From: Myxococcales bacterium
GTDB lineage: Bacteria > Myxococcota_A > UBA9042 > JABWCM01 > BTVJ01
NCBI GenBank assembly: GCA_045863395.1
Contig: BTVJ01000004.1
Span: 32,001 to 96,000 of the forward strand
Direction of reading: 5' to 3'
Length of the DNA: 64,000 nucleotides
Part shown: positions 55,417-64,000 of the stretch, one piece after another
Layout of the letters: the number at the start of each line of letters is the position of its first letter
How positions within the stretch are numbered: the first letter of the stretch is position 1
Notes under the pieces: generated by a model
What the model was told of the DNA's origin: nothing
The model's input: the letters and a program-made list of their open reading frames with translations, nothing else
The model's database searches: none
Made by a program: the position numbers and the translations under genes

Positions 55417-56750
55417 GCGTCTCGGTCGCGCGGCGCGTCGCCACCCGCGGGGCGGCCATCCTCGTCGTGACGCTCGTGGTCGTCGGCGCCGGGACCGCCG
55501 CCCTGCTGCACCGGCGCGAGGTGATGGCCCTCGACCGGGTCCTGCTGGCGGCCGCCCACGGGCGTGCCCACCCGGACGTCGCGGCCTCCGTCGAGGTGGA
55601 GCACAGCCGCTCGCCAGTGGACGCATGGCTGGTCGAGCCCGGGGACCCGCGGGTGCCGACGGACCTCGCGAAGCAGGCCCTCGGCCGGGAGCGCCCGCTG
55701 TACGTCGACACGGGGGACGAGCGGATCGTCCTCCTGCCGTTCGAGGTCGACGACGGGAGCCACGACCAGCTCGCCGCCGCGGCGGCGCCCCGGGTGACCA
55801 TCTCTCGAAGCGTGGGACCATTCCTGGCCATCTATGCTGGCACTGGCGCCTTTGCGGCGATCTTCGCCATGTTCGTACAGGGAAGGGTCGTGCGTCGCTC
55901 GTTTGCTCCGTTGGACGCCGCCCGGGCGGAGGCGGAGCGGGTCGTCGGCCTCGGCCACGGGCACCGCCTGACGGTCGCCGGCCCCGAGGAGGTGCGAACA
56001 CTGCTCGCGGCGATCAACGACCTCCTCGAGCGGCTCGACGCCGCCTACCACGCGCAGGCGCGCTTCACCGCGGAGGCCGCCCACGAGCTGCGGACCCCAG
56101 TGACGTCGATGCTCGGCGAGGTCGAGGTGGCTCTGCGCGCACCCCGGACGGCCGAGGAGTACCGAGCCACACTGACGTCCGTCCGCGAGGACGTGGAGCG
56201 CCTCCGCCGCCTCGTCGGCGCCCTCCTCGCCCTGGCCCGACTCGACGCGGGGCTGCTCGATGGGGAGCGCGAGCCGACGCGCGCCGCGGAGCTCGCCGGC
56301 GCGGCCCTGGCGGCCGAGGCGCCCCTGCTGACCGCGGCAGGGTGCCAGGCGCGCATGGACGTCGCCGCAGACCCGGAGCTGGAGGTCCACCGCACGCTGG
56401 TGGAGGTGGCGCTCGGCAACCTGCTCCGCAACGTGGCGCGCCACGCGCCGGGCGCCCCCGTGGTCCTGCGCGTCGGGCGCGAGGGGGCGATGGCGGTCTT
56501 CGACGTGGACGATGGGGGTCCCGGCATCCCTGCGGAGCGCGACGGCCTGTTCGACCGGTTCGCTCGCGGCGCCGAGGCGCGGCGCAACGACCGCGAGGGC
56601 CTCGGCCTCGGTCTCCCCCTCGCCAGGGAGGTCGCGCGCCGTCACGGAGGGGACTGCGTCCTGCTCCCGTCGCCCCTCGGTGGGCTGCGCGCGCGCCTCC
56701 TGCTGCGGTGCGAGCCCGAGGGTCCAGGGGACGTTCTACCGGACTTCTAA
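55413..56750 (+). CDS. Membrane sensor histidine kinase (CusS/QseC-like)
   Basis: TTG start overlapping the regulator stop; two TM segments, HAMP, AAHELRTP, NLLRN, DDGGPG, FDRFARG and GLGLGL. Confidence 0.88.
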   Translation: MSVSVARRVATRGAAILVVTLVVVGAGTAALLHRREVMALDRVLLAAAHGRAHPDVAASVEVEHSRSPVDAWLVEPGDPRVPTDLAKQALGRERPLYVDTGDERIVLLPFEVDDGSHDQLAAAAAPRVTISRSVGPFLAIYAGTGAFAAIFAMFVQGRVVRRSFAPLDAARAEAERVVGLGHGHRLTVAGPEEVRTLLAAINDLLERLDAAYHAQARFTAEAAHELRTPVTSMLGEVEVALRAPRTAEEYRATLTSVREDVERLRRLVGALLALARLDAGLLDGEREPTRAAELAGAALAAEAPLLTAAGCQARMDVAADPELEVHRTLVEVALGNLLRNVARHAPGAPVVLRVGREGAMAVFDVDDGGPGIPAERDGLFDRFARGAEARRNDREGLGLGLPLAREVARRHGGDCVLLPSPLGGLRARLLLRCEPEGPGDVLPDF

Positions 56751-56859
56751 TCTGCCTCTCATCTCCTTCCAATGTGTCGCAGGCATGATTCGGCGAGACC
56801 TGCCGGGAGCGGGGCAACCCGGGACCCGTGCATGGACCCTTTCACCACGCGAGGGAGTC

Positions 56860-57603
56860 ATGACGCGCATCCTGATCTGGGACATCCCCACCCGCCTCTT
56901 CCACTGGCTGCTCGCCGGCTCGTTCGTCGGCGCGTTCGCCATCGCCAACCTCGTGGACGACGACAGCCGGGCCTTCCGGGTCCACATGCTGCTCGGGCTG
57001 GTCATGGCCTTCATGGTGCTGCTGCGGGTGCTGTGGGGGCTCGTCGGTACGCGTTGGGCCCGCTTCGGGGCGGCGATCTTCGGGCCCCGCGCTCTGCTCG
57101 CGTTCCTTCGGGGCGCCCTCACAGGGGGCGGCCCGCGCTACGCCGGACACAACCCGGGGGCGGCGTTCGCCCTGTTCGGCGTACTGGCGCTCGTCCTCGG
57201 CCTCGCCGTCACGGGGCTCATGATGGGCGGCGACGAGTCCGTGGAGGACCTGCACGAGGTGCTCGCCTGGTCACTGCTCGCGGTCGTCGGCGTACACCTC
57301 GCGGGCGTCGCCTGGCACAGCGTCCAGCACCGCGAGAACCTCGCCCTGAGCATGGTCGACGGGCGCAAGGAGGCCGAGCCGTCCGCCGCGATCCCGTCGT
57401 CGCGCCCGCTGGTGGGGCTCTTGTTCCTCGCGCTGACGGGGACGTGGGCGGCGGGCCTCCTGTCCGGCTACGACCCCGCGACCAGCCGCCTGACCTTGCC
57501 GCTCGTCGGCACCACCCTGCAGCTCGGCGAGGACGAGGACGAGCACGAGGGCAATCGAGACGGCGGGCGCGAACACGGGGGGGAGGACGAGGACGACGAC
57601 TGA
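56860..57603 (+). CDS. Cytochrome b/b6-domain membrane protein (Ni_hydr_CYTB family) with an acidic/His-containing tail
   Basis: WDIPTRLFHW, H..LG....LLRVLWGLVGTRWARF, GHNP and LHE...VHLAGV...RENL..SMVDGRK. Confidence 0.88.
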   Translation: MTRILIWDIPTRLFHWLLAGSFVGAFAIANLVDDDSRAFRVHMLLGLVMAFMVLLRVLWGLVGTRWARFGAAIFGPRALLAFLRGALTGGGPRYAGHNPGAAFALFGVLALVLGLAVTGLMMGGDESVEDLHEVLAWSLLAVVGVHLAGVAWHSVQHRENLALSMVDGRKEAEPSAAIPSSRPLVGLLFLALTGTWAAGLLSGYDPATSRLTLPLVGTTLQLGEDEDEHEGNRDGGREHGGEDEDDD

Positions 57604-57797
57604 GGGTGCCCCGCCTGCACGCGACCGCCTTGTCGCCACCCCGTCCAGCGTAGTAGGGTTCGGCCCACCGTGGTCCCCGACAACTGAGAGGCTCGTCGCC
57701 GCGCGCGCCGAGTGGCCACCGGACGCGCCAGTGGAGGGCGCCCACGTCTGCATCAACGGCAACCCGCCGCAACGACCGGCAGCCCAGGAGCACGATC

Positions 57798-58277
57798 ATG
57801 ACGAGCAAAGCCACCATCTGCTTGTGGTTCGACAAGGACGCCGAGGACGCCGCGCGGTTCTACGCCGCGACCTTCCCCGACAGCTCGGTGGGCGCCATCC
57901 TCCGGGCGCCGTGCGACTATCCGGGCGGCAAAGCGGGCGATCTGCTGACGGTGGAGTTCACGGTCTGCGGCCTGCCCTTCATCGGCGTCAACGGCGGCCC
58001 CGCGTTCACGCCGAACGAGAGCTTCTCGCTGCAGATCCACACAGAGGACCAGGCCGAGACCGACCGGCTGTGGGATGCAATCATCGGGAATGGCGGTCAG
58101 GAGAGCCAGTGCGGCTGGTGCAAGGACCGCTGGGGCTACTCCTGGCAGATCACACCCCGCGCCCTGTCCGAGGCCCTCGCCGATCCCGACCCAGCCGCGG
58201 CGCGACGCGCGATGGAGGCGATGATGCACATGAAGAAGCTCGACATCGCCACGGTCGAGGCGGCGCGCAGGGGCTGA
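57798..58277 (+). CDS. VOC/PhnB-family protein (3-demethylubiquinone-9 3-methyltransferase domain)
   Basis: CLWFDKDAEDAARFY, NGGPAF..NESFS, CGWCKDRWG.SWQI.P and MKKLDIA. Confidence 0.9.
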   Translation: MTSKATICLWFDKDAEDAARFYAATFPDSSVGAILRAPCDYPGGKAGDLLTVEFTVCGLPFIGVNGGPAFTPNESFSLQIHTEDQAETDRLWDAIIGNGGQESQCGWCKDRWGYSWQITPRALSEALADPDPAAARRAMEAMMHMKKLDIATVEAARRG

Positions 58278-58346
58278 GGGGAGCGAAGGCCACGCTCGTG
58301 ATCATCCGCGACCCCGCTGGGGGTGAGGGCCCCGTGGAGGTGCCTC

Positions 58347-58685
58347 ATGCGGGTGGCGTTGGTTGTTCTCCTGGGGTTGGTGGAGTGCGCTGGGGAGCGC
58401 TCCGACTCGAGCGTCGAGGACATGGTCGCCGGCATGGACGCTGCCGTCGACGTCGCAGACATTGCCGCGGACGAGGGCGCTCCCCGCGCCCGGGCGGACG
58501 GCGCGCTGTGCAGCAAGATGTGGAGCCGCTTGGTCGACTGCGGTCATTACTACACGTTCCCGGAGTTCGAGGACCGGTGCGGCGATTGGGACGCGGGTGG
58601 CCCGGAGCGGGCGACGCTGGATGGCTGCAAGCTGAAGCCGTGCGCTACGCTCGTCTCCTGCGTGAAGAGCCTCCTCGACGGCTGA
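58347..58685 (+). CDS. Hypothetical exported Cys-containing protein
   Basis: GGAGG RBS; hydrophobic N-terminus ending in C; Asp-rich linker; 6-Cys C-terminal module. Confidence 0.55.
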   Translation: MRVALVVLLGLVECAGERSDSSVEDMVAGMDAAVDVADIAADEGAPRARADGALCSKMWSRLVDCGHYYTFPEFEDRCGDWDAGGPERATLDGCKLKPCATLVSCVKSLLDG

Positions 58686-58699
58686 CTGACCAAGGCGGG

Positions 58700-58880
58700 C
58701 GCGGTGCCGCAGCGACCCCGGTGTTGCTCGACGCCCCTCTCGAGGTGGCCGCTCGGGCGGGAGGGGGCCGGACGACTCCATGAGACGTGGCAGGGAGCCC
58801 AACGGCCCCGACACGGCTGGCGCCGCATCCCCGACCTGGGCTACCCTCGCCTCTGGGCGATGGATTCGTGGGCGCCGGCC
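58700..58880 (+). pseudogene. Decayed duplicate of the 3' end of the Ser/Thr kinase gene
   Basis: 58818-58880 matches 54541-54603 at 50/63 nt (WRRIPDLGYPRLWAMDSW versus WRRVVDLGYPRLWATDLW); 58724-58737 is identical to 54193-54206. Confidence 0.75.
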
Positions 58881-58921
58881 CCCCGGATCCGCCGCCCGGT
58901 GAGAGCGAGGACCCGGCGCAG

Positions 58922-60352
58922 ATGACGCACGACGAGATCACCGAGCTGCCGAAGCGGGAGCACCCCCGCGCCGCGACGCCCGACCGCCCTCGGCCGACCC
59001 TCGTGGTCGCCTGGTCACGGGAGGAGCCCGAGCGGGTGGGCGAGGTGGCCCCCGTTCCTGCTGCCGGGACGTGGACCCTGGGGCGCGGGGGCGACGGTGA
59101 CGCCGGGCGGCTGGAGCTCCAGCGGCAGCGGCCCGGCGAGGCGAGCACGACCGGCGGCCTGCGCGCGCCGGCCATCTCGCGCCAGCAGCTCCGGGTCTCC
59201 GCCATGGACGACCGGCTCCTGGTCGAAGGAGTCGGGCGCCTCCCGCTCCTGCGTGCAGGGGTGCCCGTCACGCAGGCGATCATCCGGCACGGGGACGTGC
59301 TCGAGGTACAAGGGCAGCTCGTGCTGCTGTGCGTCGAGCGTGGGCCGCTGCCTCCCGCACGGTATGTGCCCCGAGACCAGTGGCCCCCCTTCGGTCGCGC
59401 CGACCGCCACGGCGTCGTGGGCGAGAGCCCCGTAGCCTGGGAGCTGCGCGACCGCATCGCCTTCGTCGCCGCGCGCAAGGGCCACGTCCTGATCCTGGGG
59501 CCGAGCGGCGCTGGGAAGGAGCTGGCCGCCCGCGCCATCCACCGCCTCTCGGAGCGCTCCGCGCGCCCGCTCGTGGCGCGCAACGCGGCGACCTTCCCGG
59601 CGGGGCTCATCGACGCGGAGCTCTTCGGCAACGTCCGCGACTTCCCGAACCCGGGCATGCGGGAGCGCCCGGGCCTGGTCGGTGAGGCGGACGGCTCGAC
59701 GCTCTTCCTGGACGAGATTGGGGAGCTGCCGGCGGACCTCCAGGCCCACCTGCTTCGCGTGCTCGACGCGGACGGGGAGTACCAGCGCCTGGGCGAGCCG
59801 CGCCGCCGGACAGCGGACCTGCGGCTGGTGGCCGCGACGAATCGACCCGCGGAGACCCTGAAGGGAGACCTCGCGGCGCGCCTCCGCCACGTGATCGAGG
59901 TGCCGTCGCTGGCGCGGCGCCGCGAGGACCTCCCGCTGCTCGCCCGGGCGCTGCTGGAGCGGGCGGCGGAGGACGACCCGCACGTGGCGGAGCGCTTCTT
60001 CGACGGCGCCGTGCCGCGGGTGACCCCGGAGCTCCTGACCCTGCTGCTCAGCCAGCCCCTGGAGCTGAACCTGCGGGAGCTCGACGGCCTCCTCTGGCGC
60101 TCCATGGCCGAGAGCCGGGGCGACCGCCTGGAGGCCCCGACATTGCCCGACCGCCCGGACACCGACGGCGAGGACGCCCAGGCCGCCTCGGACGGCTTCA
60201 CCGACCCCGCCTCCGTCACGCCCGAGCAGCTCCAGGAGTGCCTCGACCGGCACGGCGGCGTCCAGGGGCCCGTGTGGCGGGAGCTGGGCTTCCGCAACCG
60301 CTACGTCCTGCAGCGGCTCATCCGCAAATACGACCTGCGCACGGTGGAGTGA
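58922..60352 (+). CDS. FHA-like + AAA+ sigma54-interaction-domain regulator lacking GAFTGA
   Basis: WTLGRG..ISRQQL (FHA-like); GPSGAGKE, AELFGNVRDFPNPG, LFLDEIGE, LVAATNR and NLREL; C-terminal HTH. Confidence 0.85.
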   Translation: MTHDEITELPKREHPRAATPDRPRPTLVVAWSREEPERVGEVAPVPAAGTWTLGRGGDGDAGRLELQRQRPGEASTTGGLRAPAISRQQLRVSAMDDRLLVEGVGRLPLLRAGVPVTQAIIRHGDVLEVQGQLVLLCVERGPLPPARYVPRDQWPPFGRADRHGVVGESPVAWELRDRIAFVAARKGHVLILGPSGAGKELAARAIHRLSERSARPLVARNAATFPAGLIDAELFGNVRDFPNPGMRERPGLVGEADGSTLFLDEIGELPADLQAHLLRVLDADGEYQRLGEPRRRTADLRLVAATNRPAETLKGDLAARLRHVIEVPSLARRREDLPLLARALLERAAEDDPHVAERFFDGAVPRVTPELLTLLLSQPLELNLRELDGLLWRSMAESRGDRLEAPTLPDRPDTDGEDAQAASDGFTDPASVTPEQLQECLDRHGGVQGPVWRELGFRNRYVLQRLIRKYDLRTVE

Positions 60353-60358
60353 GCCCCG

Positions 60359-61585
60359 CTACATCGGGTGGGCGATGAAGAACTCCATGAGCGCCTCGCC
60401 CCACGTGAAGGCGTTGGTCCCCAGGCAACCGTAGCCGAAGAGCTGGCCCGGGAGCCCGCCGTTGAGGTCGGCGCTGCCCGGGTAGCAGTGGCCGCCGAGG
60501 ATCGGGGAGCCGGCCTTGTAGTCGTGCTGCACGAACTCGAACAGCGCCCCCTCGCCCTCCCAGCGGGTCCAGAGGTGGTTCGGGTCCTGGGACACGACGG
60601 CCGTCTCGGTGAGCCCCCACGCGGCGACCACCGCGTCCCGCTGCTTCTTGGCGCAGTTGAAGGCGACCAGCGCGTCCTTGGTGCCGTGCATGAACAGGGT
60701 GGGGACGCGCCGCGAGGGGACGTCGCCGCCGGTGAAGGAGCACGCGCCGAAGCCCCCGCCCGCGCAGGCGGCGGCCGGCGCCACCGAGGCGAACAGGTCG
60801 GCGTGCTTGCAGAGGAAGCGCCAGGTCATGAACCCGCCCTGGGAGAAGCCGGTCATGTGGACGCGGGCCGGGTCGATCTTGAGCGCCACGATCACGTCGA
60901 GGAGGAAGCCATGGACCAGCGGGTCGTCGGCCTCGGACCAGCTCGACGCGGGCGGGTCCGGGGTGGCGTTGGGCTGAACCACGACGTAGCCGTGCTTCTC
61001 GCCGAGGGCCCGCAGCCCGGTGTTGGCGTCCTCCTGATCTCCGCTCATGGTCATGCCGTGGACGTCGAGGACCACGCCGCAGCCGCCGGAGACGCAGGCA
61101 GTGGGGATGTGCAGCTCGTAGGAGAGCCCCGCGCAGGGGAGGTGGTGGTGGCCGGCGGACGTGGTGGTGACGCAGCCTGCGGGCGTCGCGCCGTCGGGGC
61201 CGGTGCCTGACCCCGCGTCTGCGGGAGCGGCGACATCAGCGGAGTCTGAGGCGTCCGCGGGGAGGGCCGCGCCACCGGTGTCCGCATTGGCGTCTGCCGG
61301 AGCGTGGGGCCCGGCGTCTGCCGGTCCACCGCCAGAGTCCAAGGCCACCGCGTCTCCGACGGCGTCCTTGGGCAGAGCGCTCCCGCCCGCGTCCCCCGGG
61401 GCCACGTCGGCCAGAGCGCCGCCGCCCACGTCAGCACCGGCGTGAGGAGCGGCATCGCCCGCGGTCGCCACGTCTGTCGCCACGTCCGCCACGTCCGCCG
61501 CGTGCGCCGCATCCGTCGCAGCGTCGCTCCCCTCCGCCCCGCCACCACACGCCGCCACGAGGCCGAGCACCCACCACCGTCCCAT
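60359..61585 (-). CDS. Lipoprotein alpha/beta-hydrolase (PHB depolymerase/LpqC-like esterase)
   Basis: Lipobox VAAC; acidic linker; VVLDVHG, IDPARVHMTGFSQGG (GxSxG), MHGTKD and GGHC. Confidence 0.85.
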   Translation of the reverse strand: MGRWWVLGLVAACGGGAEGSDAATDAAHAADVADVATDVATAGDAAPHAGADVGGGALADVAPGDAGGSALPKDAVGDAVALDSGGGPADAGPHAPADANADTGGAALPADASDSADVAAPADAGSGTGPDGATPAGCVTTTSAGHHHLPCAGLSYELHIPTACVSGGCGVVLDVHGMTMSGDQEDANTGLRALGEKHGYVVVQPNATPDPPASSWSEADDPLVHGFLLDVIVALKIDPARVHMTGFSQGGFMTWRFLCKHADLFASVAPAAACAGGGFGACSFTGGDVPSRRVPTLFMHGTKDALVAFNCAKKQRDAVVAAWGLTETAVVSQDPNHLWTRWEGEGALFEFVQHDYKAGSPILGGHCYPGSADLNGGLPGQLFGYGCLGTNAFTWGEALMEFFIAHPM

Positions 61586-61678
61586 GAGCACCTCCCGATG
61601 CGGGTCATGATACTCCTGTGACCCCGCCGCGCCCAACCCTCCGCGATCTGCTATCCTCCGGCTGCCACGGAGGCGCGG

Positions 61679-62272
61679 TTGCCCACTCTCCGCATCGAGG
61701 ACGTCCGGTATGGGAGCTTCGGCCCGGTGACCCTCACCGTCGGGCCGGCCGAGTGCGTGTGCCTCCGAGGTGCGTCGGGCAGCGGCAAGTCGCGCCTGCT
61801 GCGCGCGCTGGCGGATCTGGACCCCCACGAGGGGGCAGTGTCCCTCGACGGCGCCCTCGCCTCCGCCATGCCGCCCCCGCTCTGGCGCCGCCAGGTGGGG
61901 CTCCTCCCGGCGGACAGCCACTGGTGGAACGACACGGTGGGGGAGCACCTCCCGGACACCGCCCTGCTGCTCCAGGTGGGCTTCGGCGACGACGTGCTCT
62001 CCTGGCGCGTCGACCGCCTCTCGTCGGGCGAGAGGCAGCGCCTCGCCCTGGTCCGCCTGCTGGCCGGCCAGCCTCGCGCGCTGCTCCTCGACGAGCCGAC
62101 GGCCAACCTGGACCCGGCGAGCGCCCGAGACGTGGAGGCGCTCATCGCCAGGTGGCGCCTCCAGCACGAGGCGCCTGTGCTCTGGGTCACCCACGACGAC
62201 GCGCAGGCCGCTCGCGTCGCCGACCGGCGCTTCGTCTTGGAGGGTGGAGTGCTCGTGCCGGACTCCTCGTGA
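61679..62272 (+). CDS. fetA: ABC transporter ATP-binding protein (FetA/YbbL-like)
   Basis: GASGSGKS, WRRQVG, LSSGERQR, LLLDEPT and WVTHD; TTG start. Confidence 0.82.
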   Translation: MPTLRIEDVRYGSFGPVTLTVGPAECVCLRGASGSGKSRLLRALADLDPHEGAVSLDGALASAMPPPLWRRQVGLLPADSHWWNDTVGEHLPDTALLLQVGFGDDVLSWRVDRLSSGERQRLALVRLLAGQPRALLLDEPTANLDPASARDVEALIARWRLQHEAPVLWVTHDDAQAARVADRRFVLEGGVLVPDSS

Positions 62273-62330
62273 CGGTGAGGACCCACCCAAAGCCTGCGTC
62301 CAGAGGCGCCATACGTCCAAGGAGCCGTGA

Positions 62331-63122
62331 TTGATCACCCTCTCCACCCTCGATCTCTCCATCGCGGCCTCCCTCGTCGTCGCGCTCGCCCTCCTTGCGT
62401 CGCAGGTCCAGCGCAGCCTCGGGGTGCAGCTCGCGGTGGCCGCCGTGCGGACGACGGTGCAGCTCAGCCTCATCGGGCTGGTGCTCAAGGCGCTCTTCGC
62501 CCACGTCCATGTCGGGTGGGTGTCCCTGATGGCGCTGGTCATGCTCCTCGCGGCGGGCCGGGAGGTGTGGGCGCGGCAGCGCCGGCGCCTCGCGGGCGCC
62601 TGGGGCTACGGCGTCGGCACGGTGAGCATGTTCCTGTCGTCGTTCACGGTGACCGTGTTCGCGCTCGTGGCCGTCGTGGGGACCGACCCCTGGTACGAGC
62701 CCCAGTACGCGATCCCCCTGCTCGGCATGTTGCTCGGCAACACGATGAACGGCATCGCCATCGCCCAGGACCGGCTCAACGAGGGCGCCTGGAGGCGCCG
62801 CGGCGAGATCGAGGCGCGCCTCGTGCTCGGACACACCGCCCACGAGGCCATCGGCGACCTCCGCCGTGAGAGCGTCCGTGCGGGTCTCATCCCCATCATC
62901 AACGGCATGGCCGCGGCGGGGCTCGTCAGCCTGCCGGGCATGATGACGGGCCAGATCCTGTCCGGCTCCCCGCCCGACGAGGCCGTCAAGTACCAGATCC
63001 TCATCATGTTCCTCATCGCCGTGGGCACGGGCCTCGGCACGCTGGCCGCCGTCTCCGCGACGACCCGCCGCCTCTTCGACGAGCGCCAGCGGCTGCGCCT
63101 GGACCGCCTCGCGCCCGTGTGA
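62331..63122 (+). CDS. fetB: ABC transporter permease (FetB/YbbM, UPF0014)
   Basis: RTTVQL.LIG.VL, YAIPLLGMLLGNTM and GLVSLPGMMTGQILSG..P..AVKYQI. Confidence 0.88.
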   Translation: MITLSTLDLSIAASLVVALALLASQVQRSLGVQLAVAAVRTTVQLSLIGLVLKALFAHVHVGWVSLMALVMLLAAGREVWARQRRRLAGAWGYGVGTVSMFLSSFTVTVFALVAVVGTDPWYEPQYAIPLLGMLLGNTMNGIAIAQDRLNEGAWRRRGEIEARLVLGHTAHEAIGDLRRESVRAGLIPIINGMAAAGLVSLPGMMTGQILSGSPPDEAVKYQILIMFLIAVGTGLGTLAAVSATTRRLFDERQRLRLDRLAPV

Positions 63123-63184
63123 CTGTTGCTCCGCGCGCCGGCTGTGGCACACTGGTCCCGTCCTGCCCGCCAGGAGGAGACCGC

Positions 63185-63835
63185 ATGAAGCTCACTACAT
63201 CCATCGCCTGCCTCGCACTGCTCGCCGGGTGCCTCGATGATGCCGTGGAGCCGTCCCCCGGCGTCGCCCTGAAGAGGACCACCGCGCTTCCGGCTGCCCC
63301 GGCGGCAGCGGAGGCCCCACCGAGCGAGGAGCCCATGGAGCCCGCCCCGACAGCCCCGGCGCCCCAGCCTCCCCCCGGCTTCTCGTGGGTCGAAGACGGC
63401 GTGATCGCAGGCCTCGCCCACCCGGGCGCCGGCCCCCTCGGCGAGGCGCGCCTCGCCTGGCTCTCCGCTCAGGGCGTCGATGTGCTGGTGTCGCTCACCG
63501 AGACTCCGGTGCCCCCTACGTCAGTGTCCGCCCACGGCATGACCCCGGCGCACATCCCCGTCGTGGACTTCACGGCGCCGACCCAGGAGCAGCTCGACCA
63601 GTTCGTCGCCCTCGCCCAGACGGCGCGGGACGCCGACCGGCCCGTCGCGGTCCACTGCGCGGGAGGCATGGGCCGCACGGGCACGTTCCTGGCCACCTGG
63701 CTCGTCGCCCAAGGCATGACCGCGGAGCAGGCCATCGTCAAGATCCGCGAGCTGCGCCCCGGCTCCATCGAGACCGCCTCCCAGGAGGCCGCCGTCGCCA
63801 CGTGGGCCCAGCGCCACCCAACGAACGCCCCCTGA
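63185..63835 (+). CDS. Lipoprotein dual-specificity phosphatase (DUSP23/Cdc14-like)
   Basis: AGGAG RBS; lipobox LLAGC; HIPVVDFTAP, VHCAGGMGRTGT and IRELRPGSIET. Confidence 0.87.
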   Translation: MKLTTSIACLALLAGCLDDAVEPSPGVALKRTTALPAAPAAAEAPPSEEPMEPAPTAPAPQPPPGFSWVEDGVIAGLAHPGAGPLGEARLAWLSAQGVDVLVSLTETPVPPTSVSAHGMTPAHIPVVDFTAPTQEQLDQFVALAQTARDADRPVAVHCAGGMGRTGTFLATWLVAQGMTAEQAIVKIRELRPGSIETASQEAAVATWAQRHPTNAP

Positions 63836-63944
63836 TCCCGGAACCCGCTGCAATCTTGCGCCCTTTCCCGCCGCGCCCTTGACCCGCCCGGGCCCGACCC
63901 CACAATGAATCAGTGGGGCCGCCGCCTCCTCAACGGGAAATGCC

Positions 63945-64000
63945 ATGAAGATCGCCGTCATCAGCGACCTGCACATCGGGGCCGGGGGCCGGGTCGACCG
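63945..64000 (+). CDS. Metallophosphoesterase (calcineurin-like), N-terminal fragment at the window edge
   Basis: MKIAVISDLHIG (DxH motif I); candidate promoter TTGACC-16-CACAAT at 63879-63906. Confidence 0.7.
   Translation, partial: MKIAVISDLHIGAGGRVD

Noticed and set aside
56860..57603. Hydrogenase operon
   Set aside because: Only a stand-alone cytochrome b domain; no hydrogenase subunits or maturation genes

Overview
A very GC-rich bacterial chromosomal window (spot counts about 70-75% GC), densely coding. The content points to Myxococcota (inference): Myxococcus-type Cys-rich repeat lipoproteins, a Hanks-type kinase, an FHA-type enhancer-binding protein and bacillithiol genes. In order: a partial acyl-CoA ligase, srkA, cydAB, a Gly/Cys-rich lipoprotein, a sphingosine-1-phosphate-lyase-like enzyme, a ~16 kb array of four large Cys-rich surface lipoproteins, DUF5690 and DUF6855 genes, a decayed vapBC pair, and an operon in which a divergent, truncated pyruvate kinase is coupled to a Na+-translocating acyl-CoA decarboxylase (mmdA-D-C-B). 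Next come a degenerate two-component pair and a lower-GC islet (~36.83-40.4 kb), then a PIG-L/small-protein/Na+ symporter unit, a Septu-like ATPase+HNH pair followed by a 38-37-38 bp repeat-spacer-repeat, bshC-bshA, signalling genes, fetAB and phosphatases. The best candidate for an undescribed system is the islet: a 12-Cys triple zinc-finger microprotein plus a 977-aa protein with a HEPN-type RxxxxH motif, a winged-helix-like segment and three tandem SeqA-C-like domains, possibly a DNA-sensing abortive-infection defence system. No rRNA, tRNA, cas gene, integrase or transposase was recognised. All family calls come from motif recognition by eye; no database searches were run.
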